Made by a program: the position numbers and the translations under genes. The notes under the pieces were generated by a model. The model worked only from the letters and a program-made list of their open reading frames with translations, did not search any database and was not told the origin of the DNA. 33,174 bases of DNA from NCBI GenBank assembly GCA_036397475.1, contig DASWIV010000148.1:1-33174 (forward strand). Direction: 5' to 3'. Positions within the stretch are counted from its first letter, which is position 1. Each line of letters opens with the position of its first letter. This stretch comes from a bacterium (GTDB lineage: Bacteria > JAJVIF01 > JAPKYR01). Below, one piece after another: positions 17,678 through 26,195 of this stretch.

Positions 17678-18121
17678 ATGACCAGGAAAAATACTTTTAA
17701 AATATTCAGAAACAGGGACGAGAGAGGGCAGAACCTGCTCGAATTCGCCCTTGTTGCGCCAATTCTAATCTTTCTCTTTATGGGAATGGTCGATTTCGGA
17801 TGGGTTCTGCACCAGCAGATCCAGCTCGATAACGCCACCCGTGAGGGAGCGAGGCGTGGCGCGGTTGGCGAAACATGTGAAGAAATCATCGATACCATGA
17901 TGGCTTCTACAGATATGGGGCTTTCAGTTGACGATATCACCATCGAAGTGAGATTGCCCGGCGGAGGAGTCTGTGACGACAATAGCGACCGGACTCCCGA
18001 GAACAAAATAGCGGTTATGGTCGAGATGATCGACATACCCATGCTTACGCCTGTTGGCAACTTCATATCAGGATTTTCACCTCTCGATCTGACCTCGGAA
18101 TCCGAGTTCCTGATCGAGTAA
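17678..18121 (+). CDS. TadE-like pseudopilin family protein
   Basis: The N-terminus ERGQNLLEFALVAPILIFLFMGMVDFG carries the G/XXXXEF Flp-type prepilin processing motif plus a hydrophobic helix, then the typical NATREGARRG. RBS GGAGGTG. Confidence 0.85.
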   Translation: MTRKNTFKIFRNRDERGQNLLEFALVAPILIFLFMGMVDFGWVLHQQIQLDNATREGARRGAVGETCEEIIDTMMASTDMGLSVDDITIEVRLPGGGVCDDNSDRTPENKIAVMVEMIDIPMLTPVGNFISGFSPLDLTSESEFLIE

Positions 18122-18167
18122 GTGAATTTATTTCGGGTTATATGTATAACCGGTTGGAGGGTAAATT

Positions 18168-19310
18168 ATGACGCTTATGAATCTGTTCAAAAAATTAAGG
18201 GAAAAGGGTAATACCCTTGTCCTTTTTGCGATAGCGATCCCGGTTGCTGTAGGTGCGACAGGACTGGTCCTCGACTGGGGACGTGGTGTCTGGACCCGCA
18301 CTGAACTGCAGCGTGCGGCTGATGCCGGCGCGTTATCGGGATGCTCATTTATGAAAGACAGCCAGACAATGGCTGATTACCAGGCATTTAAAAGCGTTCA
18401 GGCAAATTTTGACGGGCCTGATGGCGCTACTTATACTGCCGATGCGGCCCAGGAAACCTACACGGTTCAGCTTAACGAGACCGTTCCCACATTATTCATG
18501 AGGATCTTCGGACGGGAAAACATGGAAGTCGGCGTTTCCGCGACAGCATTAGGACCTCAGCCGATTGGTGGTCTTCGCGGCGGCGGATTTCCATTCGCCA
18601 TTATAAATCCCGACCTGAATAGCAGCCCATGCGACGACCTGGTTCCAAGTAACTGGGGACGTCCGTACATTATCGGATACGGTGAGAATAACGTCATTGT
18701 CGCCGATTGGGCTAATGACTGTGGAGCCGTACCTCCAAATCCCGGTAACGGGGTTGGTAATGGTAATGGTTGGCGAGGGGCATTAGGCCTCAATCAGGAC
18801 GGAACTTACCACGAAGGTGGTGGTGGTTCAGACCTGAAAGAAAACATGATAAACGGCTGGCCCGGGGAAATGAAGCTGGATGATGTTGTTCCCACTGAGA
18901 CCGGTAATATCTCTGGTCCTATCACACAGGGCAGGGACGCCCTGCTTGGATCTGAGCCACTGCCATGGGGCGAATTCGACATCGATACCGACACTCTGGA
19001 ATCGAGAGTTGTCCTCGTTCCCATTGTCCACCTGATCAACACTTCCAGAAACGATACCTTTACGGTACAGGACTGGAATAATGGAGCGGACTGGGATCAG
19101 TCGGAAGTGGTTGTCGACGGATGGGCTCCATTTTTCATCCTGACGACATCTGAACAGGGCGATGTTGACGGTGATGGCAATGCCAACGATCCTGACTGGA
19201 TTGTCGGGTTGTACATACCCGGAGTCGAGATAAACAACTACCTTCCTCCCGAAGAAAATCAGTCTACGGAGGAATGGGGTGTTTACTCAACCAGCAGGCT
19301 GATCGACTAA
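18168..19310 (+). CDS. TadG-like (Tad N-terminal domain) protein, paralog 1
   Basis: N-terminal GNTLVLFAIAIPVAVGATGLVLDWGRGVWTRTELQRAADAGALSG is typical of the TadE/G-like N-domain. The C-terminal part contains VVLVPIV, DGWAPFFILT and an Asp-rich DVDGDGNANDPDW loop. RBS GGAGGG. Confidence 0.85.
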   Translation: MTLMNLFKKLREKGNTLVLFAIAIPVAVGATGLVLDWGRGVWTRTELQRAADAGALSGCSFMKDSQTMADYQAFKSVQANFDGPDGATYTADAAQETYTVQLNETVPTLFMRIFGRENMEVGVSATALGPQPIGGLRGGGFPFAIINPDLNSSPCDDLVPSNWGRPYIIGYGENNVIVADWANDCGAVPPNPGNGVGNGNGWRGALGLNQDGTYHEGGGGSDLKENMINGWPGEMKLDDVVPTETGNISGPITQGRDALLGSEPLPWGEFDIDTDTLESRVVLVPIVHLINTSRNDTFTVQDWNNGADWDQSEVVVDGWAPFFILTTSEQGDVDGDGNANDPDWIVGLYIPGVEINNYLPPEENQSTEEWGVYSTSRLID

Positions 19311-19399
19311 TTGTGCACTGAAGCGTCGTAATAAATATTGGGACTCCATAGACGATATTGGGACAATTTTGAATTGCATCTCCTCCTGTCTTACTTTGC

Positions 19400-19434
19400 G
19401 GCGCCTCCTCACGGGGGCGCCTGCTTTATTTATT
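19400..19434 (+). terminator. rho-independent terminator
   Basis: 9-bp stem GGCGCCTCC / GGGGGCGCC (one G-U pair) with loop TCAC, followed by TGCTTTATTTATT. Confidence 0.7.
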
Positions 19435-19448
19435 CAAATTATGTGTAC

Positions 19449-19751
19449 ATAGGCTCATCCGTAAGGATGGCGCCAATGCATCCGCTTCACCGTGGTAACA
19501 TGACAATCCGATAAGCCGCAGCATTAGCCCCAGGTTAACACCTGGGCCTAGGTGCCGGGACCCGACTTTCATAGGCCCATCCGTTAAGCCGCAACATTAG
19601 CCCCGGGTTAACACCTGGGCCTAGGTGCCTGGACCCAACTTTCATAGGCCCATCCGTAAGGATGGCGCCAATGCATCCGCTTCACCGTGGTAACATGACA
19701 ATCCGATAAGCCGCAACATTAGCCCCAGGTTAACACCTGGGCCTAGGTGCC
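19449..19751 (+). repeat. 122-bp tandem repeat, copies R1 (19449-19570), R2 (19571-19643, 49-bp internal deletion), R3 (19644-19751)
   Basis: Read directly from the sequence. Each unit begins ATAGGCCCATCCGTAAGGATGG and contains hairpins CCATCC-GTAA-GGATGG and CCCAGGT-TAAC-ACCTGGG. Confidence 0.9.
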
Positions 19752-20264
19752 ATTATAAAATTCCATTGGCTCTCCTTGTTTATGTAACACATAATCAACC
19801 GCATTCTTTACCTCTTCAAATGTCCATTTATACATCGTACTTCCATGTCGTGCCCATCGTTTTCTATGATTATTTTCGAATCCAGCGAGGTTCAAATGCC
19901 GGCTTGAATATGCCTTGAAATCTCTCAGGATATTGGATGGATCAGTAGCCGCCTGAACCACAACATGAACATGGTTTGACCTCACATGAACTGCGAACAA
20001 TCTCCATTTCCTGTACTCACATACTTCAATTATAGCTTTCAGAACGATTTTTCTACGTGATTCATCCATTTTATAGGCAGGCTGGGTCATCAGAGATTCT
20101 TCATGTGATGCTATTCCTGGTTTATTTCCAGCCTGGTATTCGCTGTGAGCGACACCTGTTCGGTAGCGAGAGTATTTTTCGCGACCATGCATTACTTTTC
20201 CGTAGCATGAAAAAGTGATGTGGTATGCCATTGGGTATTTTGAGAAATGTTGATTCTTACTCAT
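19743..20264 (-). CDS. Y1/HUH transposase, IS200-like/REP-associated tyrosine transposase (RAYT)-like
   Basis: YHITF N-terminal strand, HUH motif SNHVHVVVQ and a C-terminal catalytic-Tyr region AVDYVLHKQ. I chose the start at ATG 20264, which has AAGGAG 7 nt upstream. The last codons and the stop lie inside repeat R3. The gene is AT-richer than its neighbours. Confidence 0.8.
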   Translation of the reverse strand: MSKNQHFSKYPMAYHITFSCYGKVMHGREKYSRYRTGVAHSEYQAGNKPGIASHEESLMTQPAYKMDESRRKIVLKAIIEVCEYRKWRLFAVHVRSNHVHVVVQAATDPSNILRDFKAYSSRHLNLAGFENNHRKRWARHGSTMYKWTFEEVKNAVDYVLHKQGEPMEFYNGT

Positions 20265-20359
20265 CAACCTACTCCTTATATTTAGCTTTTTATAAGTAGT
20301 ACGTATCTGAGGCATTAAAACTGACAGGAAAATTCAAGTTATTAAAAAATAATTGAGTC

Positions 20360-20809
20360 TAGGCCCATCCGTAAGGATGGCGCTAATGCATCCGCTTCCC
20401 CGTGGAAACATGACTATCGCAAAAGCCGCAGCATTAGCCCCAGGTTAACACCTGGGCCTACGTGCCTGGACCCGACTTTCATAGGCCCATCCGTAAGGAT
20501 GGCGCTAATGCTTCCGCTTCACCGTGGTAACATGACAATCTGATAAGCCGCAACATTAGCCCCAGGTTTACACCTGGGCCTACGTGCCTGGACCCAACTT
20601 TCATAGGCCCATCCGTAAGGATGGCGCTAATGCATCCGCTTCTCCGTGGAAACATGACAATCTGATAAGCCGCAGCATTAGCCCCAGGTTAACACCTGGG
20701 CCTACGTGCCTGGACCCGACTTTCATAGGCCCATCCGTAAGGATGGTGCCAATACATCCGCTTCACCGTGGTAACATGACAATCTGATAAGCCGCAGCAT
20801 TAGCCCCGG
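20360..20809 (+). repeat. 122-bp tandem repeat, copies R4 (20360-20480), R5 (20481-20602), R6 (20603-20724), R7 (20725-20809, truncated)
   Basis: Same unit and orientation as R1-R3. These copies carry side-specific substitutions: CCTACGTGCC versus CCTAGGTGCC, GCGCTAATGC versus GCGCCAATGC, and AATCTGATAAG versus AATCCGATAAG. Confidence 0.9.
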
Positions 20810-20841
20810 TTGCCAAATATCCATATATACCTTTTTATATC

Positions 20842-20870
20842 TTGCCATTTTTATTATATTATGAAATAAT
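20842..20870 (+). promoter_or_regulatory. sigma70-like promoter candidate for TadG-like paralog 2
   Basis: TTGCCA (20842-20847), 17-nt spacer, AATAAT (20865-20870). The context TATATCTTGCCA is shared with the promoter at 17420. Confidence 0.4.
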
Positions 20871-21106
20871 TTCCGTGTGGATCGGTTGGTTCCGGGTAAA
20901 AGGCGTCCCCTTGACCAGGTAGTCAATTAAACCATTGCTGAACATCATGAGTTGGTTCCACTGTCTGATTTTCTGTTCCGGGCAGTCTAACGAGCGGCAT
21001 TCATTGAAATTTTTATGAGATTCAATAGTTGTTGCATCTAATTTGGTGACTGGATAGCAGGGTTTATCACAGCGTTTCTAAATTGTTCGAGGTATTGAGG
21101 AAAAAA

Positions 21107-22228
21107 ATGAATTTAACGAGTTTCTTTGGAAGAATCCGCGAGAAGGGTAACACTCTCGTTCTTTTCGCGATCACGGTTCCCGTACTGGTCGGCATGACTG
21201 GACTCGTGCTAGACTGGGGAATGGGAGTCTGGACACGTACAGAGTTACAGAGAGCCGCCGACGCCGGTGCGCTGGCCGGATGCCACTGGCTTGACGATGA
21301 GACTATGGCTGATTTCAAAGCCCGCGAGCTCGTCAACAGCAACTTCGATGGCTGCGACTCTATTACCTGCTCGGCAAACCTTGTCGATGAGACATTTACG
21401 GTCGAATTGACAGAGGATGTCCCGACCATGTTCATGAGGATCTTCGGACGCGATACGATGCACGTCCGTGTCGACGCTACCGCCATCGCTCCAATGGAGA
21501 TCGGCGGACTCAGAGCCCACATCTGGCCCTTCGGACTCATCAACCCGGACTTCAACAACGACCCGTGCGACGATCTGACGTCAGCGAATTACGGCACCCC
21601 GATCATCATCGGCTACGGCGAACCTAACACGATGGTTGAGCATTGGTCTAATGGAACCTGTTCACCTGTACCGCCGGCGCCAGCAGGGAATAAGTCTGCC
21701 AATGGCTGGCGCGGTGCGCTGTCTCTCGGAGCTAGCGGCGGAAACACTCTTAAGCAGAACATGATATTTGGATATGAAGGTGATATTCAGATCGGCGATA
21801 CCGTTCTGACTGAAACAGGAAATATGGACGGTCCGTTCTCGCAGGGACGCGAACAGCGCCTTGGTCTTGAGCCTTCACTATGGCAGGATTTTGACCCCGA
21901 ATACGATAAATACGATAGCCGTGTTGTGCTTGTGCCTATCGTTCACCTGATAAATGTGAACCGGCAGGATGAATATACTTCACAGGATTACCTCAATGGC
22001 GCTAAATGGGATAATGGCCGGGCGGTTGTTGACGGATTCGCGCCTTTCTGGATTCTTACCGAAGAGGAACAGGGCGATGTTAATGGCGACGGCAATCCCA
22101 ATAACGATGGCGACTGGATTGTCGGATATTTTATCCCGGGAATCAACGTCAACGATTACCTGCACCCGGACCCGGTTCCTAATCCTGAAGATTGGGGCAT
22201 CCGGTCAACACCGCGACTGATCGATTAA
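21107..22228 (+). CDS. TadG-like (Tad N-terminal domain) protein, paralog 2
   Basis: It is collinear with 18168-19310 over its whole length, including GNTLVLFAI..GLVLDWG.GVWTRTELQRAADAGAL, SRVVLVPIVHLIN, EQGDVNGDGNPNNDGDW and the C-terminal RLID. I chose ATG 21107 (GAGG upstream) rather than the TTG at 21083. Confidence 0.85.
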   Translation: MNLTSFFGRIREKGNTLVLFAITVPVLVGMTGLVLDWGMGVWTRTELQRAADAGALAGCHWLDDETMADFKARELVNSNFDGCDSITCSANLVDETFTVELTEDVPTMFMRIFGRDTMHVRVDATAIAPMEIGGLRAHIWPFGLINPDFNNDPCDDLTSANYGTPIIIGYGEPNTMVEHWSNGTCSPVPPAPAGNKSANGWRGALSLGASGGNTLKQNMIFGYEGDIQIGDTVLTETGNMDGPFSQGREQRLGLEPSLWQDFDPEYDKYDSRVVLVPIVHLINVNRQDEYTSQDYLNGAKWDNGRAVVDGFAPFWILTEEEQGDVNGDGNPNNDGDWIVGYFIPGINVNDYLHPDPVPNPEDWGIRSTPRLID

Positions 22229-22285
22229 AAACGATAAGCGTCATACCCTCTATCGCCGGAAACTGTCATACTATTTTCCGACAAT

Positions 22286-22313
22286 AACGCCTTCATCACC
22301 GGGGGCGTTTTTA
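22286..22313 (+). terminator. rho-independent terminator candidate between convergent genes
   Basis: Stem AACGCC (22286-22291) / GGCGTT (22304-22309) followed by Ts. It overlaps the stop codon of the convergent hydantoinase B gene. Confidence 0.5.
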
Positions 22314-23870
22314 CTTCTTATTTTCCGCATCGCTTCCATATCCTCCACCACCCGGTGTTTCTATCCTCAGTTTATCCCCTTCCCTTAATTCCATCATCAC
22401 CCTTGAATCCAACTCCAACTCGACTCCTTCCCTGACCAACAGGTTTTTTCCTGCCTTCCCATTTCCCCCGCCATTCATTCCCTCGACCCCTGCCTCCCTG
22501 TGATTACTCAATACGGTGCACTCGCAATCTTCCAGTATCTCAAATTCTCTTACCACGCCATTTCCGCCATAAAACAGCCCGCCTCCGCCGGAATTTTCAC
22601 GAACCATGTACCGGACAATCCTGAGCGGATATTCCCTCTCTATGGATTCAACCGGTGTACTGCGGGTGTTGGTCATGTGCGTCTGGATCCCGCTCGCGCC
22701 ATTGCAGCCATCCGACGCTCCCGCACCCCCGCCGATTGTCTCGTAAAAACTGAAGTTCCCGTTTCCGAAAAGTACGTTGTTCATTGTCGACTGGCTCGAC
22801 GCAGCGCTCTCCCATCCAATATTTCCCAAAGCCTTGAGAAGCGCCTCGACAATCGCCTGGCTTGTCTCTACATTCCCTCCGGCAACCGCCGCGCCATCCG
22901 ACGGCTTCAGCACGCTTCCATCCCGGATTAGAATTTCTACCGGACGCAGCAGCCCTGAGGTAGATGGTGTGTCGGCCGGAAGAAATAACCTCAATGCATA
23001 CAGTACCGCTGACCGCGTTATCGCTTCATTCGCGTTCAGGCATCCCGGATGCTGATCGGACGATTCCGAAAGATCGACCTTTAGTTTTGAATTGGAAAGC
23101 GAAATTTCGCAATGTATTTTCACTCCCGGCTCTCCGGGAATTGAGTCCATCAAGGCGACTCCTGTCCCCTTACTTTCCGGTTTTGAGTCCAGGAATGATG
23201 TAAGTATCTTTTCACTGTGATCGAGAAGCGCGTCGGCTTCATTAATTATCCGGCCGATGCCCCGGCTGCTCGCAAGCTCAGTCAGGCGCTTCAATCCTGT
23301 AGCACCCGACGCTACCTGCGCGCGAAGGTCGCCGTTCCGCTCTTCGGGCTGCCTCGATGCATTCCTGATTTCAGCAAGTACATCCTCCCTGATATTTCCG
23401 CCCTCGATAATTTTCACCGGTTTGATGATGATTCCTTCCTCAGACAGGTATTTCGAAAGTGGTAGGCTTCCCGGAGCTATCCCCCCGACATCGGAATGGT
23501 GAGCCCTGACCCCGAGATAAAACGACGGGGCGGAATTCGGGTCATGAAAAAATGGGAATATGACGGTTATGTCCGGAAGATGCGTCCCTCCGGAAAATGG
23601 ATCGTTCAATACGACCGCGTCGCCGGGATTCATCCGGACATTGTCAATCGCTGCCCGGCAGGATGTATCCATGCTTCCCAGATGCACCGGGATGTGATTC
23701 GCTCCGGCTATCAATTCACACGAACTGTTAAATAACGCGCACGAATAATCCCGCCTTTCCTTGATGTTCTGGCTGAACGCGCCGTGGCACAGCGCTTCGC
23801 CCATCTCCTCGAGAATGGATTTTGAAAGCGCGTGGAATACTCCTGTTTCTACCGGACTGACGCTATTCAT
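22311..23870 (-). CDS. hydantoinase B/oxoprolinase family protein
   Basis: 519 aa. Typical family blocks include LNDPFSGGTHLPD and the C-terminal ETPGGGGYG. It shares a 4-nt overlap (ATGA) with the upstream A-subunit gene. Confidence 0.9.
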   Translation of the reverse strand: MNSVSPVETGVFHALSKSILEEMGEALCHGAFSQNIKERRDYSCALFNSSCELIAGANHIPVHLGSMDTSCRAAIDNVRMNPGDAVVLNDPFSGGTHLPDITVIFPFFHDPNSAPSFYLGVRAHHSDVGGIAPGSLPLSKYLSEEGIIIKPVKIIEGGNIREDVLAEIRNASRQPEERNGDLRAQVASGATGLKRLTELASSRGIGRIINEADALLDHSEKILTSFLDSKPESKGTGVALMDSIPGEPGVKIHCEISLSNSKLKVDLSESSDQHPGCLNANEAITRSAVLYALRLFLPADTPSTSGLLRPVEILIRDGSVLKPSDGAAVAGGNVETSQAIVEALLKALGNIGWESAASSQSTMNNVLFGNGNFSFYETIGGGAGASDGCNGASGIQTHMTNTRSTPVESIEREYPLRIVRYMVRENSGGGGLFYGGNGVVREFEILEDCECTVLSNHREAGVEGMNGGGNGKAGKNLLVREGVELELDSRVMMELREGDKLRIETPGGGGYGSDAENKK

Positions 23871-25834
23871 TCAATATCGATCTCCAGGTGTCCCGACGAA
23901 TTCATCGATGCGCTGCAATCCGGTGGAAGATATACAGTCGAATAATCATCGGCGATTATTCCGGGACCATTTATCCTTTCACCCACCGGAAGCAGGTATC
24001 TGTCATATACCGGGCAGTCGACATAATTTTTATCGATGAAAATTTCCTGTGTGGCAATTTTCGACGATTCCAGGTTTCGATTTCCATTTGTTAATTCAGG
24101 GAAATTGATCGGTGGTGCCGCTATTTCACCTCGAACTCTTACTGTTACAAGTTCAACTGGCGTGCCTGAGTGAAGATACGTGTATCGCTCCGCGTACGCT
24201 TTCTTGTACCTGATTTTCAGATCTTCCGGGTTAACCAGCTCAATCTCAAGCGCATGCGATTGTCCAACATACCTGCATTCACATGTCACTGAGAATTCTG
24301 TCGAGCCTGTTTCCCCCCATTCAGATAATTCGTCTTCAACATCGCTCTTCAGATTTTCAACGACTGAATTCAAAATTTCATTCGATCCGTCAACCTGAAC
24401 AAGAAGCGCCCTTTCCTTCTCAACGGAGATCGGAGCTGCCAGTAATCCAACCGCGGAATATACTCCTGCCGCGCATGGATGAATCACTTCTCTTATTCCC
24501 AATTCTCTCGCGCATTCGACAGCGAACACCGCCCCGGCGCCTCCAAACGGCACCAGCGTAAACGGCTTGTCGCTTCTCGACGGGTCGATCCCTCTTGCTA
24601 CGGAAATTTTCCTGAGCGCTCCGACAAGATGAATTTTCGTAAGCTCGATCACCCCTTCCAGGAAATCTTCCCTTTTCATCCCGTCCGGACAAACTTCGCT
24701 GAATGCCCTTTCCGACAGGCGCTCATCCAGGCTCATTTTCCCGCCAAGGAATTTAGACTTGACGATCCTCCCGGACAGCATAGCGATATCGGTAAGTGTC
24801 AGCGGTCCGCCATTTCCATAGCATGCCGGTCCGGGATCAGCCCCCGCGCTTCCAGGTCCCAGTTTCAGCATTCCTCCCGAATCGATTTTAACGATCGATC
24901 CGCCCCCGGCGCCGATCGTGTGTATATCCATAGCAGGCATCGGGTACGGGATCCCGTCGATCTCACTTTCGCGGGTGCGCGGAAGATTGCCAGTTATCAT
25001 TGTTACATCTGTCGACGTGCCCCCCATATCGAGTGCGAGTACCCTGCCGCGCCCGGTCAATCTTGCCGCGTACGCCCCCCCTGCAGGTCCAGAGAGCACA
25101 CATGCTGCCGGATTTCGATTCGCGGATTCGCCCGAAATCAGCCCGCCCGATGAATTCATCAGCGCGAAATTGGATTTGATCTCGCCGGATAAATTTCTGA
25201 TGTAACTGTCCAGGACAGGGGACAGGTAAGCCGCGATCGACGCAAGCGACCATCGCTCATACTCTCGCGGATAAGATGTCAACGCGCTGGATGTGAACAC
25301 ATTCAATCCGGTGAGTTCAGATAATTTTTGGCCCAAACTGATTTCTTCATCGGGAAATTGGCCTGAATGAATCATCCCGACAGCAACACTTTTCATTCCC
25401 GTCTTTTTCAGTTCTTCTGCGATCTTTTCAATCTCAGATTCACCCGGTGACAATATTGCCGTCCCCGACTTATCGAGTCTAAGATTAATTTCAAATATAT
25501 TTTCTCTTTCGATTAATGGAACATGCCGTCGCGGATTCAATGAATACAGATTCTTCCTGTCTCCTCTTCCAAGTTCCAGAACATCGGCAAATCCCTTACT
25601 TACAACCATCCCCGCCATTCCACCCGACCGTGACAATATCGCGTTTGTCCCCACTGTCGTACCGTGACATAGCAAATTGAAACTTTCACCCACTTTTTCA
25701 ATCCCGTTTAAAACTGCGCGAGCGGGATTGTCCGGAGTCGAAGGCACTTTGGCTGTCTTAAGTGCGCCATTTGATATCCATGCGATATCCGTGAAAGTCC
25801 CGCCGGTATCGATCCCAATTCTGTCCATTTGCAC
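23867..25834 (-). CDS. hydantoinase/oxoprolinase (A subunit) family protein
   Basis: 655 aa. N-terminal IGIDTGGTFTD and LDMGGTSTD actin-fold ATPase motifs. Confidence 0.9.
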   Translation of the reverse strand: MQMDRIGIDTGGTFTDIAWISNGALKTAKVPSTPDNPARAVLNGIEKVGESFNLLCHGTTVGTNAILSRSGGMAGMVVSKGFADVLELGRGDRKNLYSLNPRRHVPLIERENIFEINLRLDKSGTAILSPGESEIEKIAEELKKTGMKSVAVGMIHSGQFPDEEISLGQKLSELTGLNVFTSSALTSYPREYERWSLASIAAYLSPVLDSYIRNLSGEIKSNFALMNSSGGLISGESANRNPAACVLSGPAGGAYAARLTGRGRVLALDMGGTSTDVTMITGNLPRTRESEIDGIPYPMPAMDIHTIGAGGGSIVKIDSGGMLKLGPGSAGADPGPACYGNGGPLTLTDIAMLSGRIVKSKFLGGKMSLDERLSERAFSEVCPDGMKREDFLEGVIELTKIHLVGALRKISVARGIDPSRSDKPFTLVPFGGAGAVFAVECARELGIREVIHPCAAGVYSAVGLLAAPISVEKERALLVQVDGSNEILNSVVENLKSDVEDELSEWGETGSTEFSVTCECRYVGQSHALEIELVNPEDLKIRYKKAYAERYTYLHSGTPVELVTVRVRGEIAAPPINFPELTNGNRNLESSKIATQEIFIDKNYVDCPVYDRYLLPVGERINGPGIIADDYSTVYLPPDCSASMNSSGHLEIDIE

Positions 25835-25980
25835 CGGACGATGTTATCAGTATGTAATGAATCGTTCAATGACATGGCACCCAGGTCCAGGTGTAAGAGG
25901 CTTTTGCTATTATTTCGATCATCAATCTACCATTTCAACATTGAGGGAGAACCAATGGACTCTAGTGAGGCGTTTAGCAG

Positions 25981-26061
25981 CATGCCGGGTATGCCGGGAA
26001 GCTGATCCCGCTATGGCATCTCTTCCGGCAAAAAAACACTGACCATATGCGTCTCCCCTGG
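25981..26061 (+). repeat. 81-bp direct repeat, copy 1 (relic of the 3' end and downstream region of the lipoprotein gene)
   Basis: Near-identical to 26606-26686 except for a short divergent patch (AAAAAAACACT versus GGAAGACGCT). Confidence 0.85.
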
Positions 26062-26195
26062 CTTTTCGTTGAGCTTTATCATATTGCCTTCAGATTCACA
26101 GGCAGATTCATCTATCCTGAAATTATATTTTTACTAATAAATAAAATGTGTTATTATTTCGCCATTAACCAACCATCTCTTCAAGGGGAAGACTC

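Larger units (their letters stand above)
19449..20809. mobile_element. RAYT-like transposase gene embedded in a tandem array of 122-bp structured repeats (REPtron-like locus)
   Basis: Seven head-to-tail repeat copies, all in the same orientation, with three left and four right of a Y1/HUH transposase gene. Confidence 0.7.

Noticed and set aside
17659-18066. 135-aa minus-strand ORF antisense to the TadE-like gene
   Set aside because: It has a shadow-ORF, Ser/Ile/Pro-rich composition and no RBS. The sense strand carries a textbook TadE N-terminus.
19335-19364. Direct repeat ATATTGGGAC twice, 20 bp apart, downstream of TadG-like paralog 1
   Set aside because: It is only 10 bp long and lies after the stop codon and before the terminator. 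That is too short to distinguish from chance without conservation data.
19449-20809. Possible CRISPR array or tandem tRNA/sRNA genes in the 122-bp repeats
   Set aside because: There are no unique spacers; the units abut head to tail. I could not draw a tRNA cloverleaf, there are no T-loop or anticodon features, and no per-unit promoter or terminator is visible.
20584-20926. ORFs 20584-20787 (+) and 20723-20926 (-) from the six-frame track
   Set aside because: Both run through the tandem repeats. They have repetitive translations and no RBS, so they are artefacts of the repeat sequence.
21083-21106. TTG start for TadG-like paralog 2 as listed in the ORF track
   Set aside because: The ATG at 21107 has a GAGG RBS and aligns with the N-terminus of paralog 1 (MNLTSFFGRIREKGN versus MTLMNLFKKLREKGN).
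17678-22228. Calling this region a Tad/Flp pilus locus
   Set aside because: Only pseudopilin-like TadE and TadG-type genes are present. The pilin, ATPase, platform, secretin and peptidase genes are all absent from the window, so a complete pilus system cannot be claimed.
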